Positions 1-13,222 of a stretch of 64,000 bases of DNA are shown here, in pieces (positions within the stretch are counted from its first letter, which is position 1; each line of letters begins with the position of its first letter). Below the pieces are notes generated by a model. That model ran no database searches, was not told where the DNA came from, and worked only from the letters and a program-made list of their open reading frames with translations. The position numbers and the translations under genes were made by a program. Where the stretch lies: contig NW_027192191.1 of assembly GCF_041956535.1 (NCBI RefSeq), forward strand, positions 69,702 through 133,701, written 5' to 3'. This DNA comes from Calcarisporiella thermophila CBS 279.70. Its lineage: Eukaryota > Fungi > Calcarisporiellomycota.

Positions 1-1213
1 GTTCCTCCAGTCATTCCAGAGAGCGAGATCCCCGCCCTTCTCTCGCACATCCCCTCGCTAGCTCGCCATGGTGAAGTACTCGGCACCTTTGTAGTATCGC
101 AATCCATGCTTCGTGATTGTGTGCAGAGGCTGCGACCATTCCTCGAGCGCACGGTGATACATTCCAAAAGTGGCAGACGGTCAAAAGAGAAGGCGGTGGT
201 AGAGGAGGATGGAATAGAACTGCGGGAGAGCGATGTCGCAAGAGAGCTGCAAGTAGCCCTAGGCGACTCCGTCGAAGCCAAAGTGTGCTCCTTAATAGCA
301 AAACGGATCATGGGACAGCTGAGAAAAGAGTACTCGGCCTTGTCCCAATCCGTATTCATCTCCTCTACGGTGCCGTCGGAGGAGAAGGAGGCTAATGAGC
401 AAAATAAGCAGAGCGAGATGAACGATGTCATCAATAGAGCCTACCATACCTTTCTACTCTGTACCCGAGCTCTCAGCCTATTTGGTAAAGTTGATCTACC
501 CCTACCCGTTGCCAATTTGCTCAACCCTATCGCCCCCTTTAGACAATACCACGCGCACAAACCTTGAGAAACATTTATTGCGGACGCGAGCGAGCGAGCT
601 AACGGATATCGTTTCTGCTCAGCAAAAACGATGGCATGGCGCAGAGGGTACCAAGGGAACGGATACGCTTCCACGATTGCCTCATGCCTGTCGAGATCGG
701 ATTCTCAAGCTCGCGGACGTCGCCTCGAATGGAAAGGCAAGTTTCACAGTAGCATCATTTCGCCCCTCTTCGCCTCAACTTGAATGGATCTTCTCCTAGA
801 TGGCCGCCGACTTCCTGAGCTATTTCGAAGAAGCATGCTCCCACTTCGAGGGGGTTCAACTCCGCCCGCTCGATGATGGTATTGAGCATGCCATTCTCTC
901 TGACTACCACGCCTCATTACATTCACAGCTTCGAAACTCCACCTCTCCTGCTCTCACTCTCCACTTAACGCTTCTGCTCCTGTGCCAGACAGCGCTTCCG
1001 CACCACGGAATAGTGCACGCCTCGGGCAAGTTTGTTCCCAAACTTGTGCAGCGTATCCAACAGGAGAAGGGATTGCGGGAAGAGGACATTGCTGCTTGCG
1101 CTCAACTCCAGGCAATGATACTGGAGAGCGTCCGCAGCGGGGTTGAAAGGATAGACGAGCTCCTTGTTAAAAGGGTGAAGGAGATTGGCTTGAATTTAAC
1201 GCATTCCAAATAA
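1..1213 (+). CDS. UFL1: E3 UFM1-protein ligase 1, 3' part (5' end lies outside the window); introns ~485-542 and 737-799 (GC-AG)
   Basis: Frame is open from base 1. DNTTRTNLEKHLLRTRASELTDIV and HGIVHASGKFVPKLV resemble human UFL1 [22 protein letters not shown] and LHAPGRCVPQII. Confidence 0.75.
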
Positions 1214-1500
1214 ACAAGAGACCGATCCCGTTGCTTTCCATCTGGTTTGCAGGGGCGTTTAATAGAGATTAAAAAGATTTCTTTGGCAAAGTATTAGCGT
1301 CGCCTAGCGTTTGTAGCCTCTTTTTATTCCATTGTTCCATGGGCAATGGGGCATTCTTGATTCGGGGCATAGGAACATGCTCTATCTAAGTTTGCATGAA
1401 ATTCACGGGATAATCCAATTTTATTTTTTGGCTTTATTAATTAAGCGACTATCAGAGTTGAGATGGAAACCATGACGTTGGAAACTATGGAATGCTGTTT

Positions 1501-2366
1501 TTAAAGATGCTTCTTGAAGAAATCAACCGTACGCTGGAATGCAATCTTCGAGGCCTCCTCGTTGTAAACCTGGGGGCGTGTCTTGTTCATGAACGCGTGG
1601 CTATGAATTGTGTCGGATGAGGTTACATGGTATTGGAAGGATAGGACACGAATGGCTTACCCGGTGCCCTCATAATAATGGAACTCGGTGGGGTGGTCCT
1701 TCAGGCTCTCCTGCAACTTCTTTGCCGTCTTGAGGTCGGAGAATCCCACATAGGTGTCGTTGACGCCAAAGTGGAACTGCACAGGGACGCGGGGCTTTGT
1801 CACGTCGACAATGCTCGAAGGGGGGATGCCATAGAACACGCTGGCGGCGGCCACTTCTGGGACTCGCACCGCCGAGGCAAGGGACATGGCCCCTCCCATG
1901 CAGAAGCCCGTGACACCGACACTTTTGACCCCCTTGGATTTGAGGTGGCGAGCAGCGGCGCCAACCTATTGAATGGACACAATGCGCATCCAAATGCAAT
2001 GAGTCTGCGTGAAGCCACTCTAAATAAGCAGGGGAAGGCGCGCTTACCATCTTAATAGCATCCTCCCAATCCAGGTTGTTCATTAAATGGCCTGCTTCAT
2101 CTTCCTGGGTGGCCGTTTTTCCATAGTAGAGATCGGGTGCAATGCAGAGGAAGCCCTGTTCTGAGAAACGAGTAGTGAGATCCTTGATGTGGTCGTTGAG
2201 GCCCCACCTTGAAAAAAGGGCGCGAGGTTAATGGGGGAGGTGACCATGGTCAATTAATATCGGGGGGTCTGAATAAATACCATTCTTGAATGACAATCAA
2301 GCCTCGTTGGCTATTTTCCTCGCCCACCAGGAATCCATGGAAATTTTCGAATTGAATCATAGCCAT
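1501..2366 (-). CDS. Dienelactone hydrolase family protein (carboxymethylenebutenolidase-like), multi-exon
   Basis: Spliced motifs IQEWWGLNDHIK, GFCMGG (nucleophile Cys), FYGIP, HFGVND and HAFMN. Confidence 0.9.
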
Positions 2367-2625
2367 GTTGAAGAGTTTGTGAATTAATTTATCTCGAGAA
2401 TTGTTCCGACCGATAAAATAAGAGAAAAAAAAAAATAAGATATAAAATTGTTTCGACTGACACGAACAAAAATCTCACGCGAAAGTGGCCTCGCTTGGGC
2501 CCTCGAAGTCACAAGAATGGAAAGCCAAGCCCTTGGTGCATAAATAATTTATTGACAAGGAATCCGTCCCCCAACATCGCAACAAAAGTGTCTGAAAAGG
2601 GACGGGGAAGGGGAGAGGGCCGAGC

Positions 2626-3848
2626 TCAAGCAACATACATACTCTTCCTTCGATTCCCCGGAACCGTGGTCATCTCCTCCTCGGCCGCCTTCTGTTTTTC
2701 GGCCACGGCAACCTTATCAACGGCTCTCCAGAGACTCTCCTCGTCCTCCTCGGCCAAGGCCAGGAGTAAAAAGATGAGCCGGTAACATTGCAACGTGAGC
2801 GCGTACATGATCCCGAGGCCCTCAGGCACCAATCTTCCGCCGTCATCAATGAGAATGATGAAGAGCGGGTCGCGCCTCTGCGCATCAATTTTGTCCAGCT
2901 CTTGCTGCCAACCGTGTACGGTGTAGAGGTCCGGGGGGGTGGGCGCCGCGTAGGCCTGTTCGAGACGTGCTCGCATGTCGAGTAGCTGCGTACACAGCGT
3001 GCGGGAGGGGCCGATGACGTCGAAAGGAGCCCCAAGCTCCACGAGGTTTCTCATGTTATTGTCCAAAAGCTCGACCACAACATGTTGCCCTCGCAAGGGC
3101 ACATTGTTTTCGTCAACAAACGAGCCGTCTCGACGACGTTTAGCGTTGATTGCATCCAGCCGGGACTGGGTTTGGTTGAGCTCCTTGAGCTTGATTCGTG
3201 ATGCTATTAAGTGGAGGAGGGAGAAAAGGAAAGGATGGGGAGAAGTGCATCTTGCACGTAAGCATTCTCATCCAAAATACGCCATCGCAAATCTGTTAGA
3301 CCCACGTTCTAGCTTCATTTCATCCAGAAATCGCCGAATCTCAATCAACTCGTTGTGGTCCACTAGCAGCTGCGGGTGGATTTGGCCGCTCTTCTCGTAC
3401 ACCAACATCCAAACCTTTCGATAGCACTCATGGAGTTTTGCGCGCACAATCGCCAGGTCCGGCGGAGGATTGTTGGCCCTCCTTCGGGGCTGCCGCGGAA
3501 GCATGGATGAAGAAGAGCTGAACGTAGCGACCGTCTCGATGCATCGCTCTAGGCTGTCCGCCACGGTGTCGAGCGTATTAAGGAGGGGGCTGACTTCTTC
3601 TTCATGAAAAGTATCTATTCAAACAAGAGGCTCCAGCTTATCATTCTGACCCATGGTCGAGATGAAAGAATTAATCACCCAATGCCATTAACTCCACGGC
3701 CTTGTTCTCAACACTTATTAGTTCTCGCTAATGCATGGAAGAAAAGCCTCGTTAATCAAGAGTCAGCCATTGCAGAACACAAGGCAATGCTCACGTAGAT
3801 AATCCCCAAATCAGAACTCGCAAACATCATCCCCACCACTTCGTCCAT
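2626..3848 (-). CDS. DUF2408/UPF0662 (Cub1/YPL260W-like) helical repeat protein, 4 exons
   Basis: Repeated units LDAINAKRRRDGSFVDENNVPLRGQHVVVELL and LDKIDAQRR..DDGGRLVPEGLGIMYALTLQCY. Exons join in frame from the ATG at 3848. Confidence 0.6.
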
Positions 3849-5726
3849 TCGTGCATCAACTTCTCTTCGCCCCGCTTCACAGCATTCACGGGATGTTTGT
3901 CCCATACGCGCATTATTGAGCTGATACGCGATGCATGCCAGGTGGCCCGCGAGGCGGTGAGTGTTGCGTGGGATAAAATTGTCGGCGTCATTTTGGTGAT
4001 TTATCCGCTGTTGAACTAAGTGAGAAAAAAGAGGAGATTAATTAAAGTCCCCTTCTGTGGGGTTGCAAAAAAAAAAAAATCTAAGAGCCACACGTTTGGA
4101 AATGAGCTTGGTCAGAGATGCGGCGGTTGTCCGTTCCACCACCTCTAGCCAGTTGATCGCGGCTTGACTTGCATCGGCCATTGTTCATGGATCTCTAAGA
4201 GGAATAGTAGCAGTAGCTTGAAGGGAGGATTAGATCGAAAGTTTAATGGGCCAGAGAACAAAAAGGGCGGCAACAGCTCCTTCACAATCCGTGACTTGCT
4301 CTCACGAGGGAAGATTCGAATGCCCAATGGGAGGCCATTGGCAACAATTTTTGGGCCACTTTCCCCTTGGATCAGGAAACCGATCGGCAGCACAGGGTTG
4401 CCCATATTAAGAGAGGCCCATTTCATTTAGAGGCCGCTTCGTTTTCTAATCGGAACCCGGCCCACATCGGGTGCCCCTTCTCTGCCGGCTACGGATTCCT
4501 GGGCCGTGCTCTCTCCGAGGGCCTCCTCCTCTAAGATCAGCGGAGTAGACATCCTTATCAGCGCCTAGACTGAGAGCATGTAGCATGGAAATGCGGTAAA
4601 CGGCCGGTCCATTAAGGAGCCTAGGCGCCAATTATATTGCCATTAATTAATTTCCGATGAAAGCTCTTCTAAATTCTCTAAAGCAGCAAAAGAAGCCATT
4701 TCAATTCGGGCTATATAGGATGCTGGCTTTCTAGAAGCGTCAGCAATAGGCGATTGAAGAGGATTTCTCCTCATGCTGCGCTAATCATGGTAGACTTTTG
4801 CGATACAATTGAGATTAGAATCCACTAGAGTGCGTTAGCCTAAGCCATCCTTTCACGACATTTCTGGATAAATCGCTGCAAGCTTCGTTCCAAGATAAAA
4901 ATGCTACTAAATAACCTAATGTCCTCATTTACCTTTGGATGGATCCAACAAGTTGGCTTGACTTAACTTCTGGATCGATCTCCAAGATAAAAGAGATTTT
5001 ATGGATCATAGTGAGGGCCTAAACCCTTCTATAAAAGCCGATGTGTGTTTATCCTTCATGCATTTATGCCTGTTGCTTTTGTTTTTGTGATGGGGCTCTC
5101 TTCCGAATTTCTGCTATAATGATGACAATTAAAATTGAAAATTACTGGCTAATATCGTGGCTATATTAAATGTGGGATAATAATATGATCGCGGTGTCAA
5201 AGCCGGAAAATACAGGGCCATGACCATTATAACATGCACGGATTGTTTTCAGAAGGCGACGAAAAAAGGCCTTTTGGCGCATCCAGGTGTTGGGGGGGCT
5301 CTTAACAGCGCAGCCCCACTATAAATAGTTGCTACATGACCAAAACCAGAGCCCATGCCTGGGGTTCAATTTTTTTTGCTCTTCCAATGCACGGTGGCAA
5401 ATGGTGTGGCGATACAATCTCAGCCAAAAATTATTCTTGACTTTTACCGGTCCTTTGGTTCGCTTATTTAAATATCTGCTTGGTAATGGGGCTATAAAGA
5501 GTCGAGCTACAGCAAGTACAATCGAGTCTTGCTCGAAGGGCTTTAACCTCTCGGAGCTCCAAGCGTTTCAGCCAAGATTTTCTCGATCATACGATCCATA
5601 TTAAATTCCCACTTGGCTAAATCCTTCAATGTGTTATTTTCCCGAAATCTACCTATTTATTTTTTGCTCTTGCTATTTATTTTTAACTTTTCTCACCTCT
5701 CGAAAATACCACACGAGATCTTGATC

Positions 5727-8108
5727 ATGTCGTCAGAGTCGCGCTGCAATGTTTTCCTTTGCCTCTTCCTTTTCTCGTGCCTTCTGAATCCTTCGCTTCA
5801 TGCCCTTCTCTCTTCTAGCCAGGCGTCTGAGACGGCTGCACCCTCTAAAGTGTTTTCTCGGCAGCACTGTTTAAATTTCGCAAAGCCGGGATTGGAGACC
5901 GATTTCAAACAAGCCCATTATTGCGATGTAAATAATCTGGGATAGGTTGTATTGAATCCAAACTTAACATGATTGCGGCTGCCGCCCATTTCATATAGCC
6001 CTTTGGAATTACGGCCAAGTCAAGTATGGATCTCGATTATGAGAAAATTGAGCAAATCAATGCGGATCTGAACTGGAGGCTCAATGACCTTGTGAGAACA
6101 CGATTTTTCAAGTACTATAAAGTATAATTCCATACTGAAGTAATGCTAATGGATGGAATTTGCAAAGTGTTTCTAACCACGATTTGTTTTTCCGCTTGCC
6201 GATATAGGTTAATCTTTATCGCGAATGTCCTTTCTGGACCGGGCTGGGATGCACCAACAGAGATTGTAGTGTCTCCACCGTCGACGAAAGCCATATACCA
6301 AAAGTATGGAGGAGCGAATGGCTGGGAAAACTAAGACCGAGCCCAGCGGGAAATGTATGCTTTTGCTAACACTGGCGTCTTAATATGCTGATGATTAACT
6401 ATTTTGGGGACCGGCTTAGAATTTCGAGCCGTTCAAAGACTGCCCGTGTTCGAACTTGGATTTTTGTGTTGTAGAAGATGAGGCAGATCAAGGTGAGATT
6501 TCCTAGGTGTATATATACAACATTCGTGGATGATTTCAACCCTTTGAGTCAACAGAGGGTGCCTACGTAAACCTACTCGAGAATCCGGAGCGGTTCACCG
6601 GCTACAATGGGGAGCCGTCCGTCCGCGTGTGGCGAGCCATCTATGAAGAAAATTGCTTCAACCTCGTGCGTCCCTCCGGCAAGCATCTCGCTTCCGTGCT
6701 TAGCCAGCAGAGTGCTAAGCAGCAACCCTTTGGAGCGAAGCAGAACATATTTGCCCCGGCCATAAGTAAGCAAACTGACTTCACTGCGCTGCTAATGAAT
6801 ATGGCAGAGCACACGGAGTCCGAAGAGGAGGTGTGCCTCGAAAAGAAGGTGTACTATCGCTTGATATCAGGTAAGCGGGCTATGCATTATTTGCCCGTTG
6901 CTAATCGATAATCCACGCTGACCCAATTTCTCTGTGTATTTTTTTTGGGGGGGGGATCTGATCCAGGAATGCATTCCTCAATATCCACGCACATTTGCAA
7001 AGAGTATTTGAACCAGACCACGGGTGAATGGGGGCCTAATCTTGACTGTTTTATGACCAAGGTTGGGTCCTATCCCGAGCGTATCCAGAATGTCTACTTC
7101 AACTATGCGGTCATACTGCGCGCTCTCACAAAACTCGGCAACTTCCTGCACCAATACAAATTTTGCACCGGAGACGACGTCGAGGACTCTTACGTCCAGA
7201 AGATGGTAGATGAAATCGTCATCCTGATGCAAAGATATCCACCGCTGTTTGACGAGACGCAAATGTTTGTTGGGCCGTCCGCCTTACTCAAAGAAGAGTT
7301 TAAGCTTCGTTTCCGAAACGTGAGTCGGATCATGGACTGCATTGGGTGCGAGAAGTGTCAACTGTGGGGAAAATTGCAAACGGTGGGCATCGGCACAGCG
7401 CTGAAGATTTTGTTTTCGTTTGATCAGGATGGGATTGAGTAAGTGTACTCTTGGGTTGTGTATCCAGCTCCCTCGCTGACCAATTTTCTAATCCGCCTCT
7501 CATGGCCCATTTCCAGCCTCAGCTCCAACAATAACCTCCTACAGCGCAGCGAAATTGTAGCGCTCTTTAACACATTTAACCGGGTGTCGGAGAGCCTGCA
7601 AGCCATTGAAAAATTCAAATGGATGTACCAAATGCACATGCAAGAAATTTGGAAATGGGTAGGAAGATGCGATTCCAAGAAGTGTAAACTCTTGTCTTTT
7701 TTGCTTGACTAACTTGCCACCCTTCGTCTCTCATAGGATGGCAAATCCAAAGCGCCTCCAGTCGAGCTAAAGACAAAGAAGGCCCCGAAGGAAGCAGAGC
7801 CGTCTCGCCTGCCGAGTTCTCAGGAGTCGACGTTCTCTTTTGACCTGAATGAGCAGAAGAAAAACATGAACTCTCCAAATTTCAAGCAGGAGATGCGAGT
7901 GGAACGAGAATCCCCCTTGGCATCGCCAACTCCGAAACTCTCCTTACTGGACACTTCTTCGCTCGAAGTCCATGCCCTCTACGAGTGGATGCGCTCCGCA
8001 CTGTTGCGGACGCTGTCTAATTGCTGCAGACATGTTGCCAATGAGATGAGGCGGTGGGGCCTACCTGTCCCGGCGATCCTGGAGATCTTGGCGTCCAAGA
8101 GCGGATAG
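5727..8108 (+). CDS. ERO1: ER oxidoreductin 1, paralog A (8 exons)
   Basis: Signal peptide; FFKYYKVNLYRECPFW; shuttle CTNRDC; NPERFTGY; WRAIYEENCF; LISGMHSSIS; active site MDCIGCEKCQLWGKLQ. Confidence 0.95.
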
Positions 8109-8433
8109 CCGTGACCGCAGCGGTTTATACCGTGTATCTATGTATATACTCCTCGACATACAGCTTTTCTCCCTATTTGTTTTCCCCCTATTTGTACAAA
8201 AGACATGCATGTGTTTCCCGGACTATGAAATACGCCCTGGAATTCTATGTATAGGGCTATGAATAATAAAACCACCGTTTATTTTTATAAGGGCAACAAG
8301 GCGCGGGCCGAACTGCAATAATAATGAACGAGGGCAACACAGTCACACTAAGCCACAGATAGAAATATGAATGGACGCGCCTAGGGAATGGTGGTCTTTA
8401 TTGTACTGAGAACATTGCCGTCCAACACGCATC

Positions 8434-9250
8434 ATGGTGGTAAGCAAACCCATCCCTCCGGTGACCCTAATGCTCAAGCTCTATACTCCCGGCATCTCCA
8501 TTTGTGTGCTCTAGAAACTCGCGCTGCAAATTAAGGCTGAGCTCGAAAACCTCACCGACCTCCAGCCCAATCTGGACCACGACTTCCACTTGCGCGTGCG
8601 GTGCAACCACTGCAATGAGGAGAATCCAAATGTCATTACTATGAACATAAATGTAGGTTGCTTCTGCTTCTCTCCTCGTTCATAAACTTTTGCCTCTCTC
8701 TCTTCCTCCCTCTCCCCTCCCCTCCCCCCCACCTCCACCTTCCTCCCTGTTTGTTTATTGCTCTTTAATTCCAAATGCAACCATAGACTGAAATGGGATT
8801 TTTAGGAGGAACATGAGATCCAGGGATCGCGCGGAACCGCTAACTTTGTCATGAAGTGCAAGTTTTGCTCGCGCCAATCGAGTGCCTCGTTCGACACCAC
8901 CAGTAAGCCCCTCGTTCGGCCCTACACCGCCGACCATAGCGGCCAGTTTTCCCCCGTGGTGGTGATAGAGTGTCGAGGCCTCGAGTTTGTTGGGTTCGAG
9001 CCTCGTGATGGCTGGACCGCCAAAGGCGTCGAGAGCGGGACCCCTTTCGAGGTCGATCTGAGCGAAGGGGAGTGGGTCGACTACGACGACAAGGTACATC
9101 CTATTTATTAGTGGGTGGCAGGAGTGGAATGCCACGAATATGCAAGTGTACTCACTCCGGCTCTTCTATCCTCCTATTTTCCCCTCTCTTCTCCAGGCCA
9201 ATAACCCGGTAGGGGTGAGCGAAATCGAGGCCAAGTTTGTCATTGCATGA
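8434..9250 (+). CDS. DUF866 / CXXC-motif zinc-binding protein (CZIB/C1orf123, yeast YCR090C-like), 4 exons
   Basis: MV|KLALQIKAELENL, CNHC, GSRGTANFVMKCKFC, ECRGLE, EWVDYDDK. Confidence 0.9.
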
Positions 9251-9587
9251 CAGGAAAACCACTCCCTACTTACTTTACTAATAAACACATGTGAAATCAG
9301 AAACACACGAACAATGGATATTAAATTGCGAGATACACTAAATAGTCACGGGAAAATAAAAAGACACAGAAGCAGAAAAGGAGGGGAATGCCATTGCGGA
9401 GAAAGAGGCAGGGAAAGAGAAAAAAAGGCATTAAGATATTCGAGACACATAAAAAGGCAAAAGCGTTCCGTGGCAAAAAAACTAAATAAATAGAATAAAT
9501 AGGGATAGATAGAATAAATAGGATAGCTTGGCAATAGGGGGGGGGGGAGGGGTAAATTAATCCATGGGGTTTGCTGACGAGAGTTGA

Positions 9588-12262
9588 TTAATGGATTGCG
9601 GGGTATTTTTGGGGCAGCACGCCGGTGGCGTTGACCAAGGCGAGGGGGCACTGGTCGATCGAGGCTACGTTATTTCCCCACCAAGCCGGGAAGTGGATGT
9701 TGTTGTTCTGCAGGGCGAAGAAGATCACCACCGCCGCAATGGCCACTCCCGCGTCCAACCCGGACGACAGGATGTAGTTGTACTTGGCCCACCACCCGTT
9801 CCAGCGCTTCTTGACATAGAAGTTAAAGAAGAGACCCACGGCGCTCCAGGTGGGCAGCACGTTGGTGGGCGCGGGGGGATATGGCCCGGCACCCAACATC
9901 ACCGCGGCAATGTTGACGTGACGGAGCCACGAGTTGGGCCAGCGCTTGTAGGCGAGCCAGAACGGCACGGGCAAAAGGAAGCCGGCGAGGAAGAACCAGG
10001 CAATGGGGTTGTAGGTGGTGCCAGGGTAGAAGAACTTCAACGGGCCGACCACACCCCACACAACGCTCGATGCGCCAAAGAGACCGGCATTGGGGCACGT
10101 CCACGGGTACGCCTCCTGGGTACAGATGTTGGGGATCACGTCCATCAAGTACTTGGTCGTGCCGAAGCTGACAAAGCTGGCAATCACCGTGCCGACGATC
10201 TGGAATGCGAACATGTCGCGAGGAGGGCTATGAGAAAAGGGGTAGAGTCAGCAAGATGAGGGTGGGGGGGGGGGCACCGCCTGGCGGAAAAAGTAGCTTA
10301 CATTTTCATGTAGTGGCCGAGCTTCAAATCCTGAGCGAACAGCAGCGCCTGCTTGACGGCGATGTATCCGTACGTCTTGAACATCATGTTTCCGATCGGC
10401 GCACCCGGCATGATCACTCCGAACACCCACTCGGTAATCATGGAGATGGTGGGGGCCTGGCCGGTGATCGCGGTGAGAATACCCATCGGGATGACCCAGA
10501 TGACCGCCAGCACGATGGCCACGAGCAGGGTCCACCACGGCATGTCGCTCTTCCACTGAGTGATGGTCACCATGGAGAGGGCAAAGGCTACCAGGAAGAG
10601 GATGAAGTACCACCAGTCGGGGACCTCCTTGTATCGGTCCATAAGGCGGGCGTGGATGTCGTCGTCCGCGCTCTTTGCGCTCTTTAGCCGGGCCCAGATC
10701 TCCTTTCCGTTGTAGAGGATCGAGTGCATGAGAATGGCGCCAAGCGCAGCCAACCCCTGTCCGTAGCAGATGGCAAAGAAGCCGGTGATGCGCACTGGGG
10801 AGTATTCGTTGTAGGCCGTCTCGTTCAGGAGATTGTCGCTGAGCACGCGGTCTCGGTCGAAAATGTTGCCGTAGATGTCGTAGATCTTCGTGTTGTAGAT
10901 CGGGAATTTCTGCGACTCGAAGGTGTTGGTGTAGTACACCGCGGGGATCACGATCCAGATGAAGAAGACAAACCCGGCCAACATGTTGGCGATGATGGGC
11001 CACGGGATCGCGAGGGGGGACACCTGCACCCACGCCACCAGCGAGCTCCAGTCCAGCGAAAAGCTGAGGAAGCCGAGGCCGTTCAGCCCGGAGCCCAGCT
11101 GCGAGACGAGGATGCTGTCCCGGTTGGTCCAGCACAGCCACGAGATGGAGGTGAGGAGGGGCATGATGTAGCCGGGGAACCAGTAGTAGAAGAAGGAGCC
11201 GATCAGCACCATGGTGAAGAACTGGTTACGGGAGATACTCTTGCGGCCCGCCTTCTTCTTAACGTCCGGGGGTAGCTCGCGGTGAAGCGAGTGGAAGAGT
11301 GCCGAGTTGACGAGGTTGATGGGCCAGATCATGGACGCAGGCCGCACGAGGAAGCGGCGAAGGAAGCCCGCAAATCCATAGCCGAGGGTCTGGATGCTCA
11401 GCACGAGGAGGAGGCCGCCCCAGCCGATGTCGACGTTGTAGTAGAGCTTCTGGACGACGATGATATCTACATGCAACGCCCAGAGGTTGCGTTAGTGAGG
11501 AAGCGTGGCAAGGGAGGATATCCAAGCTCCGATTGCAACTCACCAATGGAGTCGTAGTTCACGGATGCGGTGCTGGCCATGATGGCAATCAGCACGTGCT
11601 CCTTCACGTTGAAGGGGCCGGGGTTGAGCGAGACCTCGCGCCCAAAGAAGCGGATCTTCCAGGCCGGCACCACATGCGCCATAAACTTCCCGAACGGGTA
11701 GGCGAGCAGCTGCACCACAATGACCTTGATCAGAAGGGGATTTTCACGGAACCAGAAGAACTGGTTTGTGAATGCAAGGGCGAGGGTGAAGAGGATGCCA
11801 AGCACCCATGCACGGAAAGTGCCGGTGGGCAGGTCTGGGTTGTCGGTGGGCGGAACGGCGGCGCGCACTTCCTCAATAGCTAATGAGCGGGGGCAGGGGA
11901 AAAGAGCGTGAGCATTAGGCTACTGGGAGCCGGTTGGAGGATGAAAGGCACTTACGAGAATCCTCCAGGCTCTCCTCTTCGGATGCCTTTTCAAGATCCT
12001 CATCTTGGAGCTGGAATTTTTCTCCTAAGCATCAAGGCAAGAGAGTGGCAATGCAGCCCATGGTGAGTTCGATGTTCCATTGCTGCGGACTAGAGCACGC
12101 GGCCCTGCCTCCACAGCCCAGAGAAGAGGGGCGGACGAGCTTACCCTTTTCATCCATGATCTCCACCTTGTTTAGTTCTTTGTCATTCACATCTCCATTT
12201 CCATTGGCCAAGGGCTTCTCGGCCGCAGGCGTGGCCTGCACGGCGGGGGTGTCGGCGCTCAT
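9588..12262 (-). CDS. Oligopeptide transporter, OPT family (Isp4/Opt1-like), multi-exon
   Basis: EEVRAAVPPTDNP..TFRAW, NPGPFNVKEH, QDLKLGHYMK, YNYILSSGLDAG, WWGN; many transmembrane segments. Confidence 0.95.
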
Positions 12263-13222
12263 TGTCAAAGAGAGGGGAGGTGGCAAGCAGGCACGCTCAG
12301 GAACTGCTCACGGCGAAACAGGCGGGGGTTGGCAGAGAGAAGCAGGGATGTAGGGCAACGGCGGGCGGTGCGCAGGGATGGGCAAACAAACAAATATGCA
12401 GGTGCTTGTGATGGGGAAAACGGGCTCAGGTCCGGCGGCAGCTGGGACATTTAAACTCTTTCTTCATCGGATCAGCACTATGAAAAATTTTCAACCAAAA
12501 TGATGCCAGCCCGCCAATCGCAGCCCATGCCACAGTCGGGCATTTTTTCTCCATGTATGGCCGCGAGCACGCAATTATTGCACGCCTGCAAATCACTGGC
12601 TCGCCGCCCGATTGGTCTGCTCGTCCCTCCAAATCCCCGATGGGGAGGAGGTCCGCCAGCGGCCGTCGAACCCGGCCTGCTCGCTAGACCGCGCAATCTG
12701 CGCCCGCGATGGAGGAATCTGCGGCAACTCAGGCCGCCCGCCCGGCCTCTCCTTCCTTGCACAACCTTCGCAATCCAAACAAAGCTTATCCTTGTGTGCT
12801 CTCTGTCAACGGGATTGCGGATTGCCTCACGGCCCATCTCGTCCAGCTCCCCTTGGAGGCTGGGCGTCGTCACTACGCGTCTTCTTGTTCAACCATGGGA
12901 TTTTTATTTTCATTCTCGATTGCGAATGTTCCTGGTTCCTCGAAAAAAAAAAGGGGGGGGGGATTCGCGGATGAGGGTTGAGCGGGGGAGAGGAGAGATA
13001 GATAGGGTGAGAGAGTCAGCGAGAAAGACAGGAGATAAATAATAATATGTCAAGGGAGATCTCTCCTCGAGGGGACAAGAAAGAGAAACAAGAGAGGGCC
13101 CAGCAAGGCATAGAATGAGAAAGAGGAAGAGGAAACAGGTTATTAATAGCGAATGAAGACATTAGTACGTGATGTTCTATAAAAAGGAAAAAAAAAATGG
13201 AAGCAGGTGGGCTTTGGTAGCC

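Noticed and set aside
4100-5600. Short ORFs upstream of ERO1-A as a possible transposon relic
   Set aside because: No transposase or RT motifs, terminal repeats or splice-supported gene model.
9591-11883. Long antisense and alternate-frame ORFs over the OPT gene
   Set aside because: Shadow ORFs caused by very high GC3; no recognisable motifs.
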